Shown: positions 35,912 through 45,377 of the stretch, piece by piece
Position numbering within the stretch: position 1 is the first letter of the stretch
Layout: each line of letters starts with the position of its first letter
Assembly: GCA_024278315.1 (NCBI GenBank)
Contig: JAJRTL010000076.1
Location: forward strand, 1 to 63,060
Direction of reading: 5' to 3'
DNA: 63,060 nucleotides
Source of the DNA: Planctomycetota bacterium
GTDB lineage: Bacteria > Planctomycetota > UBA1135 > GCA-002748355
Made by a program: the position numbers and the translations under genes
The notes under the pieces: model-generated
Seen by the model: only the letters and a program-made list of their open reading frames with translations
Database searches by the model: none
Told to the model about the DNA's origin: nothing

Positions 35912-37123
35912 TCAGCTCAGCACGTCGACAATCAGGCCGAGCGCATGTTCGAGCTCAGCATCACTGATGACGAGAGGGGGGACGAACCGAAGCGTGTGCA
36001 CGTGTGTCTCCTTCAGCAGGAGACCCTTGTCCTGCAGGGCCTCCGAAAACCGACGCGCTCCGCCGGCGTCCTCACGCAACTGGATACCGATCCAGAGCCC
36101 AGCTCCACGCAACTCCTCGATGACCGGAAGGTCTTGCTGCCGGAGTTCTTCGAGGAAGCGTGTCCCAAGGCGTTGCGATCGTTCGCAGAGCTTCTCATGC
36201 TCGATGACCGCGAGCGCAGCCTCGGCCACGGCACAGGCCAGCGGATTGCCCCCAAAGGTGGAGCCGTGACTACCGGCGTCGAATACGGACATGACATCGT
36301 CGTCGGCTAGAAATCCAGAGACGGGATAGAGACCACCCGAAAGCGCCTTGCCGATCGTCACGGCATCGGCGCGGATACCCGCACGGTGATGCGCCAGCCA
36401 ATGACCGGCACGACCCAGACCGGCTTGAATCTCGTCGCAGATCAGCAATGCACGATGCTCGTCGCAGAGACTGCGCAGACCTTCGAGGAATCCCTCGGGT
36501 GGGATGATGACACCACCCTCGCCCTGGATCGGCTCGACGAGCACGGCAGCCGTCTTGGCCCCGATTGCTGCAGCGACCGCATCCAGGTCCCCGTAGGGCA
36601 GGATGCGGAAGCCTGGCGTGAAAGGACCAAAGCCGCGCCGAGAGCCCTCGTCGGTCGAGAAGCCCACGATCGTCGTGGTACGCCCATGAAAATTGCCATC
36701 GAAGACGAGGATCTCTGCCTCCCCATCGGGAATGCCCTTTCGGTCATAGCCCCACCGCCGCGCAGCCTTGATCGCTGTCTCAACCGCCTCCGCACCCGAG
36801 TTCATCATGAGCACCTTGTCGTAGCCCAGCAGCGTGCAGATCTTCTCGCAGAGCGGGCCGAACCGGTCGTTGCGAAAGGCGCGCGAAGTCAAGGACATCC
36901 GCGAGAGCTGATCCTGCATGGCCTCGACGATGCGTGGATGGTTGTGCCCCTGGTTGACAGCGGAGTAGGCGGCGAGGCCATCCATGTACTTCTTGCCAGC
37001 AGTATCCCAGAGCCAGATGCCCTCAGCTCGATCCAGCATCACGTCGAGGGGATGGTAGTTGTGGGCGCTGTACCGATCTTCGAGTTCGATGAGTCGTTGT
37101 GCCTCGTTCTGGTGCTCTGACAT
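35912..37123 (-). CDS. rocD: ornithine--oxo-acid aminotransferase
   Basis: Near-collinear with known RocD/OAT by eye: AYSAVNQGHNHPRI, LTSRAF, NSGAEAVETAIKAARRW, DEIQAGLGRAG, GSHGSTFGGNPLACAV. Start MSEHQ (ATG 37123) is preceded by GGAGG. Confidence 0.9.
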   Translation of the reverse strand: MSEHQNEAQRLIELEDRYSAHNYHPLDVMLDRAEGIWLWDTAGKKYMDGLAAYSAVNQGHNHPRIVEAMQDQLSRMSLTSRAFRNDRFGPLCEKICTLLGYDKVLMMNSGAEAVETAIKAARRWGYDRKGIPDGEAEILVFDGNFHGRTTTIVGFSTDEGSRRGFGPFTPGFRILPYGDLDAVAAAIGAKTAAVLVEPIQGEGGVIIPPEGFLEGLRSLCDEHRALLICDEIQAGLGRAGHWLAHHRAGIRADAVTIGKALSGGLYPVSGFLADDDVMSVFDAGSHGSTFGGNPLACAVAEAALAVIEHEKLCERSQRLGTRFLEELRQQDLPVIEELRGAGLWIGIQLREDAGGARRFSEALQDKGLLLKETHVHTLRFVPPLVISDAELEHALGLIVDVLS

Positions 37124-37219
37124 CGCTGCCTCCGTAAGCGCTTGGGGGGAGGCTCTATCTGAGCCAGAACCAAGGCGGATGCAAGAGGGACCCCGGGGTA
37201 GCACGAGATGCCTCGCCTG

Positions 37220-38257
37220 TTACCTCACGGGGTGAGAGGTGTCCTCTTCAGAGTTCGCAGGACGAGAAGACGAGGGTTCCTGTTGCTCCCCGAGCAGACG
37301 GATCAGCCAGGCAGCGGCACATGAGGGGTGGTAGTGATTGCGGTAGAAAGCCAGCATGCCCTCCCGGTCCAGGATCTCCGACTGCTGGGTCGGGAAGGCC
37401 TGCCGCCATTCCCGGGGGACCTGGATGTGGAACTCTTCTGGTGCTATTGCAGGAATTCCCAGAGCGGCAAGCTCGTGATGACGGAAGCAGAGTTCGCCAC
37501 GTCCCGGCAGGGAGAGAGCCAGGTCGCAGGCCTGCAGCTCCTTCCAGGTCTGCATGAGAGTCAAACCACCCTCGACCACGCGTAGGCGCAGATCGGGATT
37601 CCGGTCCTGCCAAAGCTCGAGCAACGAAGCTCGCCTGCCCATGTATCTCCAATGCGAAACGGTTCCGGCGAAGAGCACCTCCTTGCGCCCCGGACCCGGG
37701 GCTTCGTGCTGCTGCCGGACCTCGCGTGCCTCCTTCCGGAGGGCATCCAACCCGCCACTGAGCTCCAGGTACAAGAGCTCGGGCTGGTAGAGGAAGGGAA
37801 AGGGCAGGACTCCATCCTCACTCGCCCAGGGCAGTCGTTCGCGCTTGAGCTTGAGCGCGGGTGTCTCCCGGAAGTAGGGTGAAGTCGTGGACGCTGCGTC
37901 CCCCATGTCGATGAGGACCATTGCCTGCCGGTTCGATACCTGCGACGTAATCCATCGATTGCGAATGGTCGCTTGCCCGGGATGGATCGTGCAGAAGAGT
38001 GGCTCTTCGGGCCTGATCTCGCCCTCTTGCTGGATGCCCAGTTCCCGTGCCCATTGCTCATCCGAGAAAGAGGCTGCATAGAGGAACACATCAGCCTGGA
38101 AGACGGGTTCTGGCTCCAGGATGCCCGCCATGCGTGCCGCTTGCTGGATGCTCTCGTGCTTCGAATCCGTCCAATAGCGCACGTGGTGACCCAGTTGCCT
38201 CAGACCAAGGGCTGGGCCTAGAAAGTTGCCACCGATGTCGAGAACTGCAATATCCAT
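37220..38257 (-). CDS. hypothetical protein, possibly GT-B-fold glycosyltransferase-like
   Basis: ORF 37220-38308, start set at MDIAVLDIGG (ATG 38257). The C-terminal GRGELCFRHHELAALGIPAI resembles the GT1 donor-binding segment only weakly. Confidence 0.5.
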   Translation of the reverse strand: MDIAVLDIGGNFLGPALGLRQLGHHVRYWTDSKHESIQQAARMAGILEPEPVFQADVFLYAASFSDEQWARELGIQQEGEIRPEEPLFCTIHPGQATIRNRWITSQVSNRQAMVLIDMGDAASTTSPYFRETPALKLKRERLPWASEDGVLPFPFLYQPELLYLELSGGLDALRKEAREVRQQHEAPGPGRKEVLFAGTVSHWRYMGRRASLLELWQDRNPDLRLRVVEGGLTLMQTWKELQACDLALSLPGRGELCFRHHELAALGIPAIAPEEFHIQVPREWRQAFPTQQSEILDREGMLAFYRNHYHPSCAAAWLIRLLGEQQEPSSSRPANSEEDTSHPVR

Positions 38258-38333
38258 GGGAGGTGATGCGCTAGAGGGAGGATCGCCAAGGGCGTTCCTT
38301 GCGACCACACCTTCTTTCGGCTAGGAATCACCT

Positions 38334-38942
38334 ATGGCCAAAGGCGATCACGCACGCTTCCTGAAGACTTTTCTCAAGAACCCCTCCTCCACGGGGGCGG
38401 TGGCTCCGAGTTCAGAGGCGCTCTCCAAGGCCATGGTGCGTGGGATCGAGATGGGGGGCGAGGATCTGGTCGTCGAGTTCGGTCCAGGAACGGGACCTTT
38501 CACCAAGGCCATCCAGGAGATCCTGCCCAGTCCCGAGCAGTATCTGGGCATCGAGAGAGACCCTGAATTCGTCAGCCTGCTCCGTGCGAGATTCCCCGAT
38601 CTCGCCTTGATCGAAGGCTCTGCCGAGGAGGCTCACCTGCACGTCGAGACCCATCGTAGCGATACGGGGCACACTGGCAGGGTCAAAGCCGTGATCTCGG
38701 GCCTGCCCTTCGCCAGCCTTCCCGATCCTGTCCAGAAGGGAATCCTGCAAAGCCTCTTGGATCTGCTCCCTGCAGGTGCAGAGTTCCGGACCTTCCAGTA
38801 TGTGCATGCCTACGGACTCCCCAAGGCGGTTCGCTTTCGCAAACGCATGAGGGAGATCTTCGGCCCCGTCACAGTGAGTGGACCCATCTTCTGGAACCTC
38901 CCCCCTGCCCTCGTCCTGACCTGGTCCGCAGGGACGGACTAG
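38334..38942 (+). CDS. class I SAM-dependent methyltransferase (phospholipid N-methyltransferase/RrnaAD-like, COG3963 type)
   Basis: FLKTFLKNPSSTGAVAPSS N-terminus followed by the VVEFGPGTGPFT SAM-binding motif. Confidence 0.75.
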   Translation: MAKGDHARFLKTFLKNPSSTGAVAPSSEALSKAMVRGIEMGGEDLVVEFGPGTGPFTKAIQEILPSPEQYLGIERDPEFVSLLRARFPDLALIEGSAEEAHLHVETHRSDTGHTGRVKAVISGLPFASLPDPVQKGILQSLLDLLPAGAEFRTFQYVHAYGLPKAVRFRKRMREIFGPVTVSGPIFWNLPPALVLTWSAGTD

Positions 38943-39047
38943 GGCACTTGACCCGCCAAGAAGTGGACAGATGAGTCCAGAAGGGTGCTCGCCTCTGCAA
39001 GACGCAGGGATACTGAGGAGACCTGGTGAACAAGAGGAACCACACGT

Positions 39048-39084
39048 AGAGCACAGAGATCGTCTTGTTGTTTCTCTGTGCTCT
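39048..39084. terminator. 12-bp perfect hairpin between convergent genes (CACAGAG-motif class)
   Basis: AGAGCACAGAGA-tcgtcttgttgtt-TCTCTGTGCTCT, between stops at 38942 (plus) and 39163 (minus). Confidence 0.45.
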
Positions 39085-39162
39085 CTGCCTCTCTGCGAGG
39101 AATAGCTCCGGATCCCGGCTCCACTCCTCGTGGGTCTGAGGCGCAGCCTCGTTAGAAGTTCG

Positions 39163-40881
39163 TCAAGAACCCTCACCGGCACATGGGCGAAAGCGCAGCT
39201 TGCGTTCACTTTTTTCGAACATGTGGGACTTCCCGGTTGCACATCCGCCCAGTTTCCCGCGAAGCCGGACCTCCATCCCGCGACGAAAGACCAGCAACTC
39301 GATCGTATCACCTGGAAAACGCTCTTCCTTGAGCCTTGCCTCGAAGCTCTCCGGTAGGACCCGTTCGCCGTCCAGGGCCACGATCTCATCCTCTGCCGAG
39401 AGGCCCATCCGGTCTCCAGCGCCATCCCGGTCGATACTCGCCACGATGATGCGCTCCCCCTTGGACGAGTGGCGAATATCGAGGCTCGCGGTTTCGGGTC
39501 CAGACGGACCTTCATAGCTGAGACCAAAGGGAGCGAGCAGGGCTTGAAGGTCGGGATCCCCACGACCGTCGACCAGGTCCGTAAACTCGGCACTCAGGTC
39601 CGCACCAGCGGCTTCATTGGCAAGACTGAGGACCAATTCTCGGCTCTGGCCCGGGCCGTGTTCGAGGTAGTCGGCGTAGAGACCTCGCATGACCGTATCA
39701 AGGCTCTTCTGTCCCGCCGAACGTTCCTGGATAAGTAGATCCAGACAGAGGGCCAGGACTGCCCCCTTTCCGTAGTAGCTCACGGTGCTGTTGCGGGTGT
39801 TCTCGTCAGGTCGGTAGAGCTTGATCCACGCATCGTGGCTGGACTCCGACAGGCTCATGAGTTTTCGTCCGGGCACAGCCAACACCTGGGCGTAGTTCTC
39901 GGCGAGTCGATCCAGGAAGAACTCGCGACCGAAGATCCCAGCCATGTAGGGAATCACCTCCTGGTAGTAGGTCGTGAATCCCTCGGCCAACCAGAGATCG
40001 GGCGTGTAGTTCTCGTTTTCGTAGTCGAAACTCGCAAGCCCCTCGGGGCGGATGCGCTTGACGTTCCAGGAGTGGAAGTGTTCGTGGGCCAGGAGATCCA
40101 ACAATCGCATGCGTTCCTTGGGTCTTCGGAAGGAAGACCTGCGCATGTGGATGACCGTGCTGTTGGCATGTTCCAAGCCACCACTGGCAGTCTCATCCGC
40201 AAAGATCTGGAAGACGTAGTTCTCGTAGGGGAGTTCGTTTCCGAAGATGCCCGCGGCAGCCGTAACGATCTTCTGGAGGTCCGCATTGAGCCTGCTCCTC
40301 TCCTCTGCGTCGACACCATCCAGCATCACGACATGGGGAACTCCAAACACATCGAAACCTGTACTTGGGATATCGCCGACGACGAAGGGGCAATCCATGA
40401 GCTCGTCCAGGTCGCGTGCCCCCCACGCCTCACCTTCTTGGCTAAGGCCCGTGAAAACCTCCCAGGTATCCGGGGATTCGACCACAACAAGAGCGGGCGC
40501 GGCCTTGCAGTTCTCATGGACAATGTAGGTAGCCGCGCCATTCCAGTAGGCACGCTTCTCGTCCACGAAGTTCGTCCGAACGGTCAGGTCGCGCGCATAC
40601 ACGCAGTAGGAGAGCGTGACGCAACCAGACTCAGGCAATCGGAGAGACCAGCGATTCTTGGACGTCTTCGTGATCTTCAGGGGTTTCCCCTCTCCGTCGC
40701 GAGCCTCGAGTCCCTGCACGTGTCGCGCATACTCCCGGACCATGTAGGAACCCGGTGTCCAGACAGGCATGAAGAAGTTGTGCTCTCCTGCAGGCAAATC
40801 CTCGGTCATGCATTCCAGATGCAGGAGATGGTCTTCAGGTCTGGGAAAAGAGACGTGGATGCGCGTCGTCGGCTGGGACAT
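39163..40881 (-). CDS. M61 family glycyl aminopeptidase with a C-terminal PDZ domain
   Basis: HEHFHSWNVKRIRP (HExxH) and a C-terminal PDZ-like segment (GLSAEDEIVALDGERV). Start at MSQPTTRIHVSFP (ATG 40881) within ORF 39163-41142. Confidence 0.85.
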   Translation of the reverse strand: MSQPTTRIHVSFPRPEDHLLHLECMTEDLPAGEHNFFMPVWTPGSYMVREYARHVQGLEARDGEGKPLKITKTSKNRWSLRLPESGCVTLSYCVYARDLTVRTNFVDEKRAYWNGAATYIVHENCKAAPALVVVESPDTWEVFTGLSQEGEAWGARDLDELMDCPFVVGDIPSTGFDVFGVPHVVMLDGVDAEERSRLNADLQKIVTAAAGIFGNELPYENYVFQIFADETASGGLEHANSTVIHMRRSSFRRPKERMRLLDLLAHEHFHSWNVKRIRPEGLASFDYENENYTPDLWLAEGFTTYYQEVIPYMAGIFGREFFLDRLAENYAQVLAVPGRKLMSLSESSHDAWIKLYRPDENTRNSTVSYYGKGAVLALCLDLLIQERSAGQKSLDTVMRGLYADYLEHGPGQSRELVLSLANEAAGADLSAEFTDLVDGRGDPDLQALLAPFGLSYEGPSGPETASLDIRHSSKGERIIVASIDRDGAGDRMGLSAEDEIVALDGERVLPESFEARLKEERFPGDTIELLVFRRGMEVRLRGKLGGCATGKSHMFEKSERKLRFRPCAGEGS

Positions 40882-40911
40882 GGTGCTCGTTCTGTGTCGT
40901 GGTTGACGTAA

Positions 40912-40957
40912 CCCGAACGATTCAGGACCTCGTTGCGTCTGACGGGAATCATCCGGG
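40912..40957 (-). mobile_element. 46-bp mini copy of the foldback element (two termini only)
   Basis: CCCGAACGATTCAGGACCTCGTTGCGTCTGACGGGAATCATCCGGG, flanked by GTAA on both sides (40908-40911 and 40958-40961). Confidence 0.65.
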
Positions 40958-41399
40958 GTAAGGAGAACGAAGCAGTGTAGGGCCCAGTAGCTCGGTCGCG
41001 GAGAGAAGTGATGGTCAAGCCGGCGGGAATCGCCAATGCCCCACGCGTGGAGCTTTCCACCAGGCCGCTGGCTCCTGCTGTTGGATCCGGGTCTCGTGGA
41101 CCAGGATCTCGGGCAGAGCCTCTTCACCACCTCCTGGCCCAAGGCCTCCCATCCCCAGTCCGGCCGCGCCGAGCATAAGATCCCAGTCGAATACCATTGC
41201 CGCGGCTGGATCCCCAGGCAGCTTCCTCATATCCATGATCACCTCCAAATCCATGATTGCAGCCAGGAGGAGGTCCGGAGCACGATTGGGTGCCCCTTCC
41301 CACATACGAAACGACATGGTATAGATACTATGCGACATACACAAGCACAAAAGTGTCAGTGAAGCAAAGGGATGGCCTGCTCGCCAAACGCTTGCCATA

Positions 41400-41993
41400 A
41401 TGCAGCCCGCACTTCCCCTTCTCCCATTCATGACCGATCCCCTTCCATCTCCGCCACCGAACCCGACTTCTGCCGAAGTCGAGCTGGGTCGCCGTCTGCG
41501 TGAGTGCAGACTCCGATCAGGGCTCGACCTGAAGGGAGCAGCGGATGCCGCAGGTGTCTCTGCGGTTTCGATCCAAAAGTATGAGACTGCGCGACGCACC
41601 CCCACGGCTCACAGGCTCGCTGCACTGGCAGACGTCTACGGTGTATCGCTGGATGCCCTGCTGGGTCGATCCCCTCATCAACAAGGCCCGATTGCTGGGA
41701 AGGTCCTCGTCGATCGGCATCGACTCGACGGCCTCATGAGGGCCAACACCTGCGCCGAAGCCCTTCCCTACATGAACTGGCGCCCCGGCATTTTCCTCGC
41801 CCTCGTAGAGATTCCTGCGGGATTCGAGCTCGTCGGAGCGCAGGAAGCCATGGATCTCGCGGTCGAAGCACGACAGCATCTGCAGAAGATCGCCCCACGG
41901 ATCGTGGAAGCCTATGAGCAAAACCAGGGTTCCTGGGAGTCCTTTGGGCGGGATCAACTCAGATCCCTGGGGGGGGATCCGGACCAGATCTGA
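41400..41993 (+). CDS. XRE-family helix-turn-helix transcriptional regulator with an unassigned C-terminal domain
   Basis: LGRRLRECRLRSGLDLKGAADAAGVSAVSIQKYETARRTPTAHRLAALADVYGVSLDALLG is a canonical HTH_XRE segment. Alternative start at ATG 41430. Confidence 0.75.
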   Translation: MQPALPLLPFMTDPLPSPPPNPTSAEVELGRRLRECRLRSGLDLKGAADAAGVSAVSIQKYETARRTPTAHRLAALADVYGVSLDALLGRSPHQQGPIAGKVLVDRHRLDGLMRANTCAEALPYMNWRPGIFLALVEIPAGFELVGAQEAMDLAVEARQHLQKIAPRIVEAYEQNQGSWESFGRDQLRSLGGDPDQI

Positions 41994-42007
41994 GGGCCAG
42001 AAGAAGA

Positions 42008-42084
42008 TGGTACGCCCGAAGGGATTCGAACCCCTGACCTTTCGCTCCGGAGGCGAACGCTCTATCCAGCTGAGCTACGGGCGC
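42008..42084 (-). tRNA. tRNA-Arg (anticodon CCG), CCA encoded
   Basis: Reverse complement GCGCCCGTAGCTCAGCTGGATAGAGCGTTCGCCTCCGGAGCGAAAGGTCAGGGGTTCGAATCCCTTCGGGCGTACCA folds as a cloverleaf. Anticodon loop is CTCCGGA. Confidence 0.95.
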
Positions 42085-42508
42085 TTGAACCAGGAAAGGT
42101 CCATGGGATCGCCGGGACCCACATCACGGACTCAATCGAGGGGCAGAGGTTCTACGAGGCCTACGAGAGGCAGGCAAGGGCCATCAAGGAGAATCATCCC
42201 GTCCGCAGGGGCAGCGAGGGAGGCAACTTCACCTTCTAGAAGGCCTTCTCCTTGGGGTTCTCCTGCTCCCTGGGGGGCGGAGATCGCCTCACTGCCAGCC
42301 AAAGCTCCACAGCATGGGTTTTTAGCCTGAATCGATTGAATTTGCGGCAAATCGACCCACTGGATGCCTGATCGGGCCTTGATGACATCTCAGTTTTTGA
42401 GACAATGCAGGTCCTCCCTGTGAAAGTCACAGCGAGGGTAGATCCCACTCGGCTCCGCGCTGTGCCCCTCAGCCAAGCCACACAGCATCGCCACGAGGAC
42501 CGAACCCG

Positions 42509-43666
42509 GTGAGTCGCCACCAGGATGACTCGACGGTGATGGTTCGCGATGACTGGTTTTCGCAATCGAAAGCCAGTCACCGGCGAAGACGTCATGAGAA
42601 GCCGAATCGAGAAGATCGGGTGCAGAGAGAAAAACTGAACAGTCCGAATGGTCACAGGCCTGGCTTGGCGAGATTCTTTTTCGTCGGTGTCGGCGTGAGC
42701 ACCCTGCTTTGCCTACCTATCTTTCTGAATGGTCTGATGGGGCAGAAGGCCGGGACCGACTCTGCGCAGCAGGCTTTGACAACTGAGGTTTCGAGCGCAA
42801 GCAATGCTGGTTTCTTCGGGATGCGCGGGCCGATCCCCAGCGAATCCCTGGTGGGTCAGAGTGGGAGCACCCTGAACGTCGATCCACTCAAGGATACGGA
42901 CGGCGACCTCTTGCCAGATGTGCTGGAGTGGTCCCTTCTGAGCGATCCGCTCAAGAAGGATACGGACGGAGATGGTATATCGGACTTCGTTGAAGCCGTC
43001 GAATTCACCTCTCCCATCGAGAAGAACCAGACGGGCCCAGCAGTTGACTCCTACCGGGTTCTCTTTGCCACGACACAAGAAGGGAAGCTCCGGAGCCGCT
43101 ATCTGTGGGTGCATAGCCTGATTCGCCTGGCCAGCGGCAACATCAAGGACCTACGCGCACTCAATCTCTTCTTAGACTACAACGGATCCAAGGTCGACCT
43201 CACGAGTCTCTTCTACACCAACACCAAAGAGATCAAGGTCCAGTCGGTATCCAGTCAAGGCCTGCTCATCCGGATCGCAGTGCGCTTCCCGATGCCCAAG
43301 GGCTTCGAAAAACTAGCCCCGGGCAGCTTCGCCTCGCACGCGTTGGTCAACAGCAACATCCTGACTGCCAGCGCCCAGATGTTCTACCTGAACTCGGCCT
43401 TCCACACCTTGTCGCTGGTAAACAGCAAGGCGATGATCCTGCAAACTTCCGGCGCTGGCGAAGCCCGGACGACCTTCTGGACCTCAGGACAGGCCTGTGT
43501 CCTGACTCTCGAGATCATCGGGAGCAGCCCAGGCTGGCGGATCTGCGAGGTCAAGAAAGCTGCCTGTAAGGTGGTCTATCGTGGGAACTGCTCGCCCAGT
43601 TGCCTCAAGTCCACGGGAGCCGCCGTCTTGGTTGCGGACGGCACTCCTCTCATCGAGGGCGGTTGA
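42509..43666 (+). CDS. membrane-anchored hypothetical protein with thrombospondin-type-3-like Ca-binding repeats
   Basis: GTG start. TM LARFFFVGVGVSTLLCLPIFLNGL, then DTDGDLLPD and DTDGDGISD (DxDxDG) repeats. Confidence 0.6.
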   Translation: MSRHQDDSTVMVRDDWFSQSKASHRRRRHEKPNREDRVQREKLNSPNGHRPGLARFFFVGVGVSTLLCLPIFLNGLMGQKAGTDSAQQALTTEVSSASNAGFFGMRGPIPSESLVGQSGSTLNVDPLKDTDGDLLPDVLEWSLLSDPLKKDTDGDGISDFVEAVEFTSPIEKNQTGPAVDSYRVLFATTQEGKLRSRYLWVHSLIRLASGNIKDLRALNLFLDYNGSKVDLTSLFYTNTKEIKVQSVSSQGLLIRIAVRFPMPKGFEKLAPGSFASHALVNSNILTASAQMFYLNSAFHTLSLVNSKAMILQTSGAGEARTTFWTSGQACVLTLEIIGSSPGWRICEVKKAACKVVYRGNCSPSCLKSTGAAVLVADGTPLIEGG

Positions 43667-43941
43667 TCATCGAGGGCGGTTGATCGAGGCCTCTCACCTG
43701 GATTCCTGACAGCTCAGGGGTCGCCTCCAGACAGGAGGATCGGCTGAGTTCTCTATCAGGTTTTGGGCTGCCCCCTCCTCAGAAAGGCCTGGAAGGAACC
43801 TACCCTTGGGATGGGAACAAGGGTGGCTCAGTCATGACACCGACGTATTCTGGGCAGTCTCTCCCTTGCCGAGGCGCTTTCCAGGGCAGATCTCGGTCCT
43901 CTCCGAAACCAAGCTGGCACCTGGACTTCCAGAGATTCCAG

Positions 43942-43967
43942 GGAACACTCCCGAGACTCCCCTCGTC
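43942..43967 (+). promoter_or_regulatory. ECF-type promoter GGAAC-N17-CGTC upstream of the ECF sigma gene
   Basis: GGAAC (43942-43946), 17-nt spacer, CGTC (43964-43967), 14 nt before ATG 43982. This matches the generic ECF autoregulatory promoter pattern. Confidence 0.5.
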
Positions 43968-43981
43968 CTAACAGTGACGCA

Positions 43982-44728
43982 ATGTCCATGGATCCTGATC
44001 GTGAACTCATAAAACGTTGCCAAACGCTTGGTAGCCAAGAGTTTGAGTCCGCTTTCAGGCAGCTCTATGACAGATACAAGGACAGGGTTTACAGCCTCGC
44101 CTACCGCATCACGGGCAACGCCACCGAGGCGCTCGACGCGGCACAAGAGGCATTCATCCTGCTCTACCAGAAGATTGGGAGCTTCAAGTTCGACTCGAAG
44201 TTCTCGAGCTGGCTCTATCGGCTCGTCGTGAACGCCTCCATTGACCACCTGAGGCGAGTCAAGACGCGACGATGGGAGTCATCAACCTCTCTCTCCTCCT
44301 CTCCAACCACCTCTATACAGGACTCGTCAGGACCAGCCCTTTCCTCTTCCCAAATGGGAGCGGGCTCGCTTGGCGAAGAGCCGCTTCATCTTCCATCGGA
44401 CCCAGCGCAGGGCCCACAACGTCTCGCGCAAGTCCAGGACCAGGCCGATGCCATCCAGCTCGGCATCAACCAACTCTCCGACAAACTCAAAGTCATCACC
44501 GTGCTCCGCTACCAGCAAAACCTGAGCTACGAAGAGATAGGCGAGGTCCTCGAGATCTCTCCTGGCACGGTGAAGTCGCGCATTGCACGGGCCCACATCG
44601 CCCTCGCCACGCATCTCGCACACCTGCATCCGAACATGGATGGGCATCCGAACATGGATAGGGATGGCAGTGTGGATAGGGATGGCAGTGTGGATGCGAA
44701 GATTCCAGGAGGCAGCGATGTCTCCTGA
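43982..44728 (+). CDS. ECF sigma-70 family factor with a repeat-containing C-terminal tail
   Basis: Region 2 (DAAQEAFILLYQKIGSF, SWLYRLVVNASIDHLRR) and region 4 (LSYEEIGEVLEISPGTVKSRIARAHIAL), with a long linker and a hexapeptide-repeat tail. Confidence 0.85.
   Translation: MSMDPDRELIKRCQTLGSQEFESAFRQLYDRYKDRVYSLAYRITGNATEALDAAQEAFILLYQKIGSFKFDSKFSSWLYRLVVNASIDHLRRVKTRRWESSTSLSSSPTTSIQDSSGPALSSSQMGAGSLGEEPLHLPSDPAQGPQRLAQVQDQADAIQLGINQLSDKLKVITVLRYQQNLSYEEIGEVLEISPGTVKSRIARAHIALATHLAHLHPNMDGHPNMDRDGSVDRDGSVDAKIPGGSDVS
44627..44698 (+). repeat. 4 x 18-bp tandem repeat inside the sigma-factor 3-prime end
   Basis: CATCCGAACATGGATGGG / CATCCGAACATGGATAGG / GATGGCAGTGTGGATAGG / GATGGCAGTGTGGATGCG, encoding HPNMDG HPNMDR DGSVDR DGSVDA. 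Confidence 0.9.
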
Positions 44729-45377
44729 TTTCAACAGGAACCAGAATTCCGGGGATCGGGATCAGGGGAAACCTGTCCGCGACGCATTCCTTCGTGAACT
44801 CTTCGAAAAGACCCAACCCGACTTGGAGGCCAAAGCCAGCGAGTCCATGCCTCGGGATCTGGATGCACTCTTCGAGAAGCGCAGGTCTGCTTCCCATCAG
44901 GACAACACCATCAAGGACGATGGAGCTCCTGATGGCCATATGGCCAGCCTGTTGGAAGAACTCTTCTCACATGACCTTCAGCACGACTCCCAGATGGGCA
45001 GCCCCGCCCGACTCGATGCCGCCACCGCATCGGAGCTGGATCGTCGTGTTGCCGAGGGTATTCGAGAAGACAGGCCTCAGCCGATCCCCTTGGGTCGGAT
45101 GAGAGCACCACAGTGGTCCGGCTTGGCTGCAGCAGGCTTGATCGGCATGCTCTACCTCTGGGGTCAGGGCTATCTGAGCGGTGATGCAGACGGAGGAAGA
45201 CCCCTCTTCGTGCTCATGGACGTGGATCAGCCACTGAATACCAGCATGGATCCAGGTGCCATTTCTTTGGCGGCAGCGGGGGCCATCGATTTCGTCGAAG
45301 GCAAGACTCCGGGTAGGGCATCTCCCACTCAGACATCTCCCACTCGGGCGCAGCCCAAGAAGGGAGGCGAAGAGTGA
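44718..45377 (+). CDS. putative anti-sigma factor (single-pass membrane protein)
   Basis: ATG 44718 is preceded by CCAGGAGG and overlaps the sigma stop by 11 nt. One TM (WSGLAAAGLIGMLYLW). The call rests on position after the ECF sigma gene; there is no recognisable zinc-binding anti-sigma motif. Confidence 0.55.
   Translation: MSPDFNRNQNSGDRDQGKPVRDAFLRELFEKTQPDLEAKASESMPRDLDALFEKRRSASHQDNTIKDDGAPDGHMASLLEELFSHDLQHDSQMGSPARLDAATASELDRRVAEGIREDRPQPIPLGRMRAPQWSGLAAAGLIGMLYLWGQGYLSGDADGGRPLFVLMDVDQPLNTSMDPGAISLAAAGAIDFVEGKTPGRASPTQTSPTRAQPKKGGEE

Noticed and set aside
41297-41325. A sigma-70-like promoter (TTCCCA-N17-TATAGA) upstream of the XRE regulator gene.
   Set aside because: The -35 match is poor and the organism's consensus is unknown. 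It is noted only as the most AT-rich patch of that intergenic region and is not reported as a feature.
41914-42330. A 138-aa ORF overlapping the tRNA-Arg gene.
   Set aside because: It runs straight through the tRNA on the opposite strand and is Arg/Ser/Pro/Gly-rich low-complexity sequence, so it is spurious.
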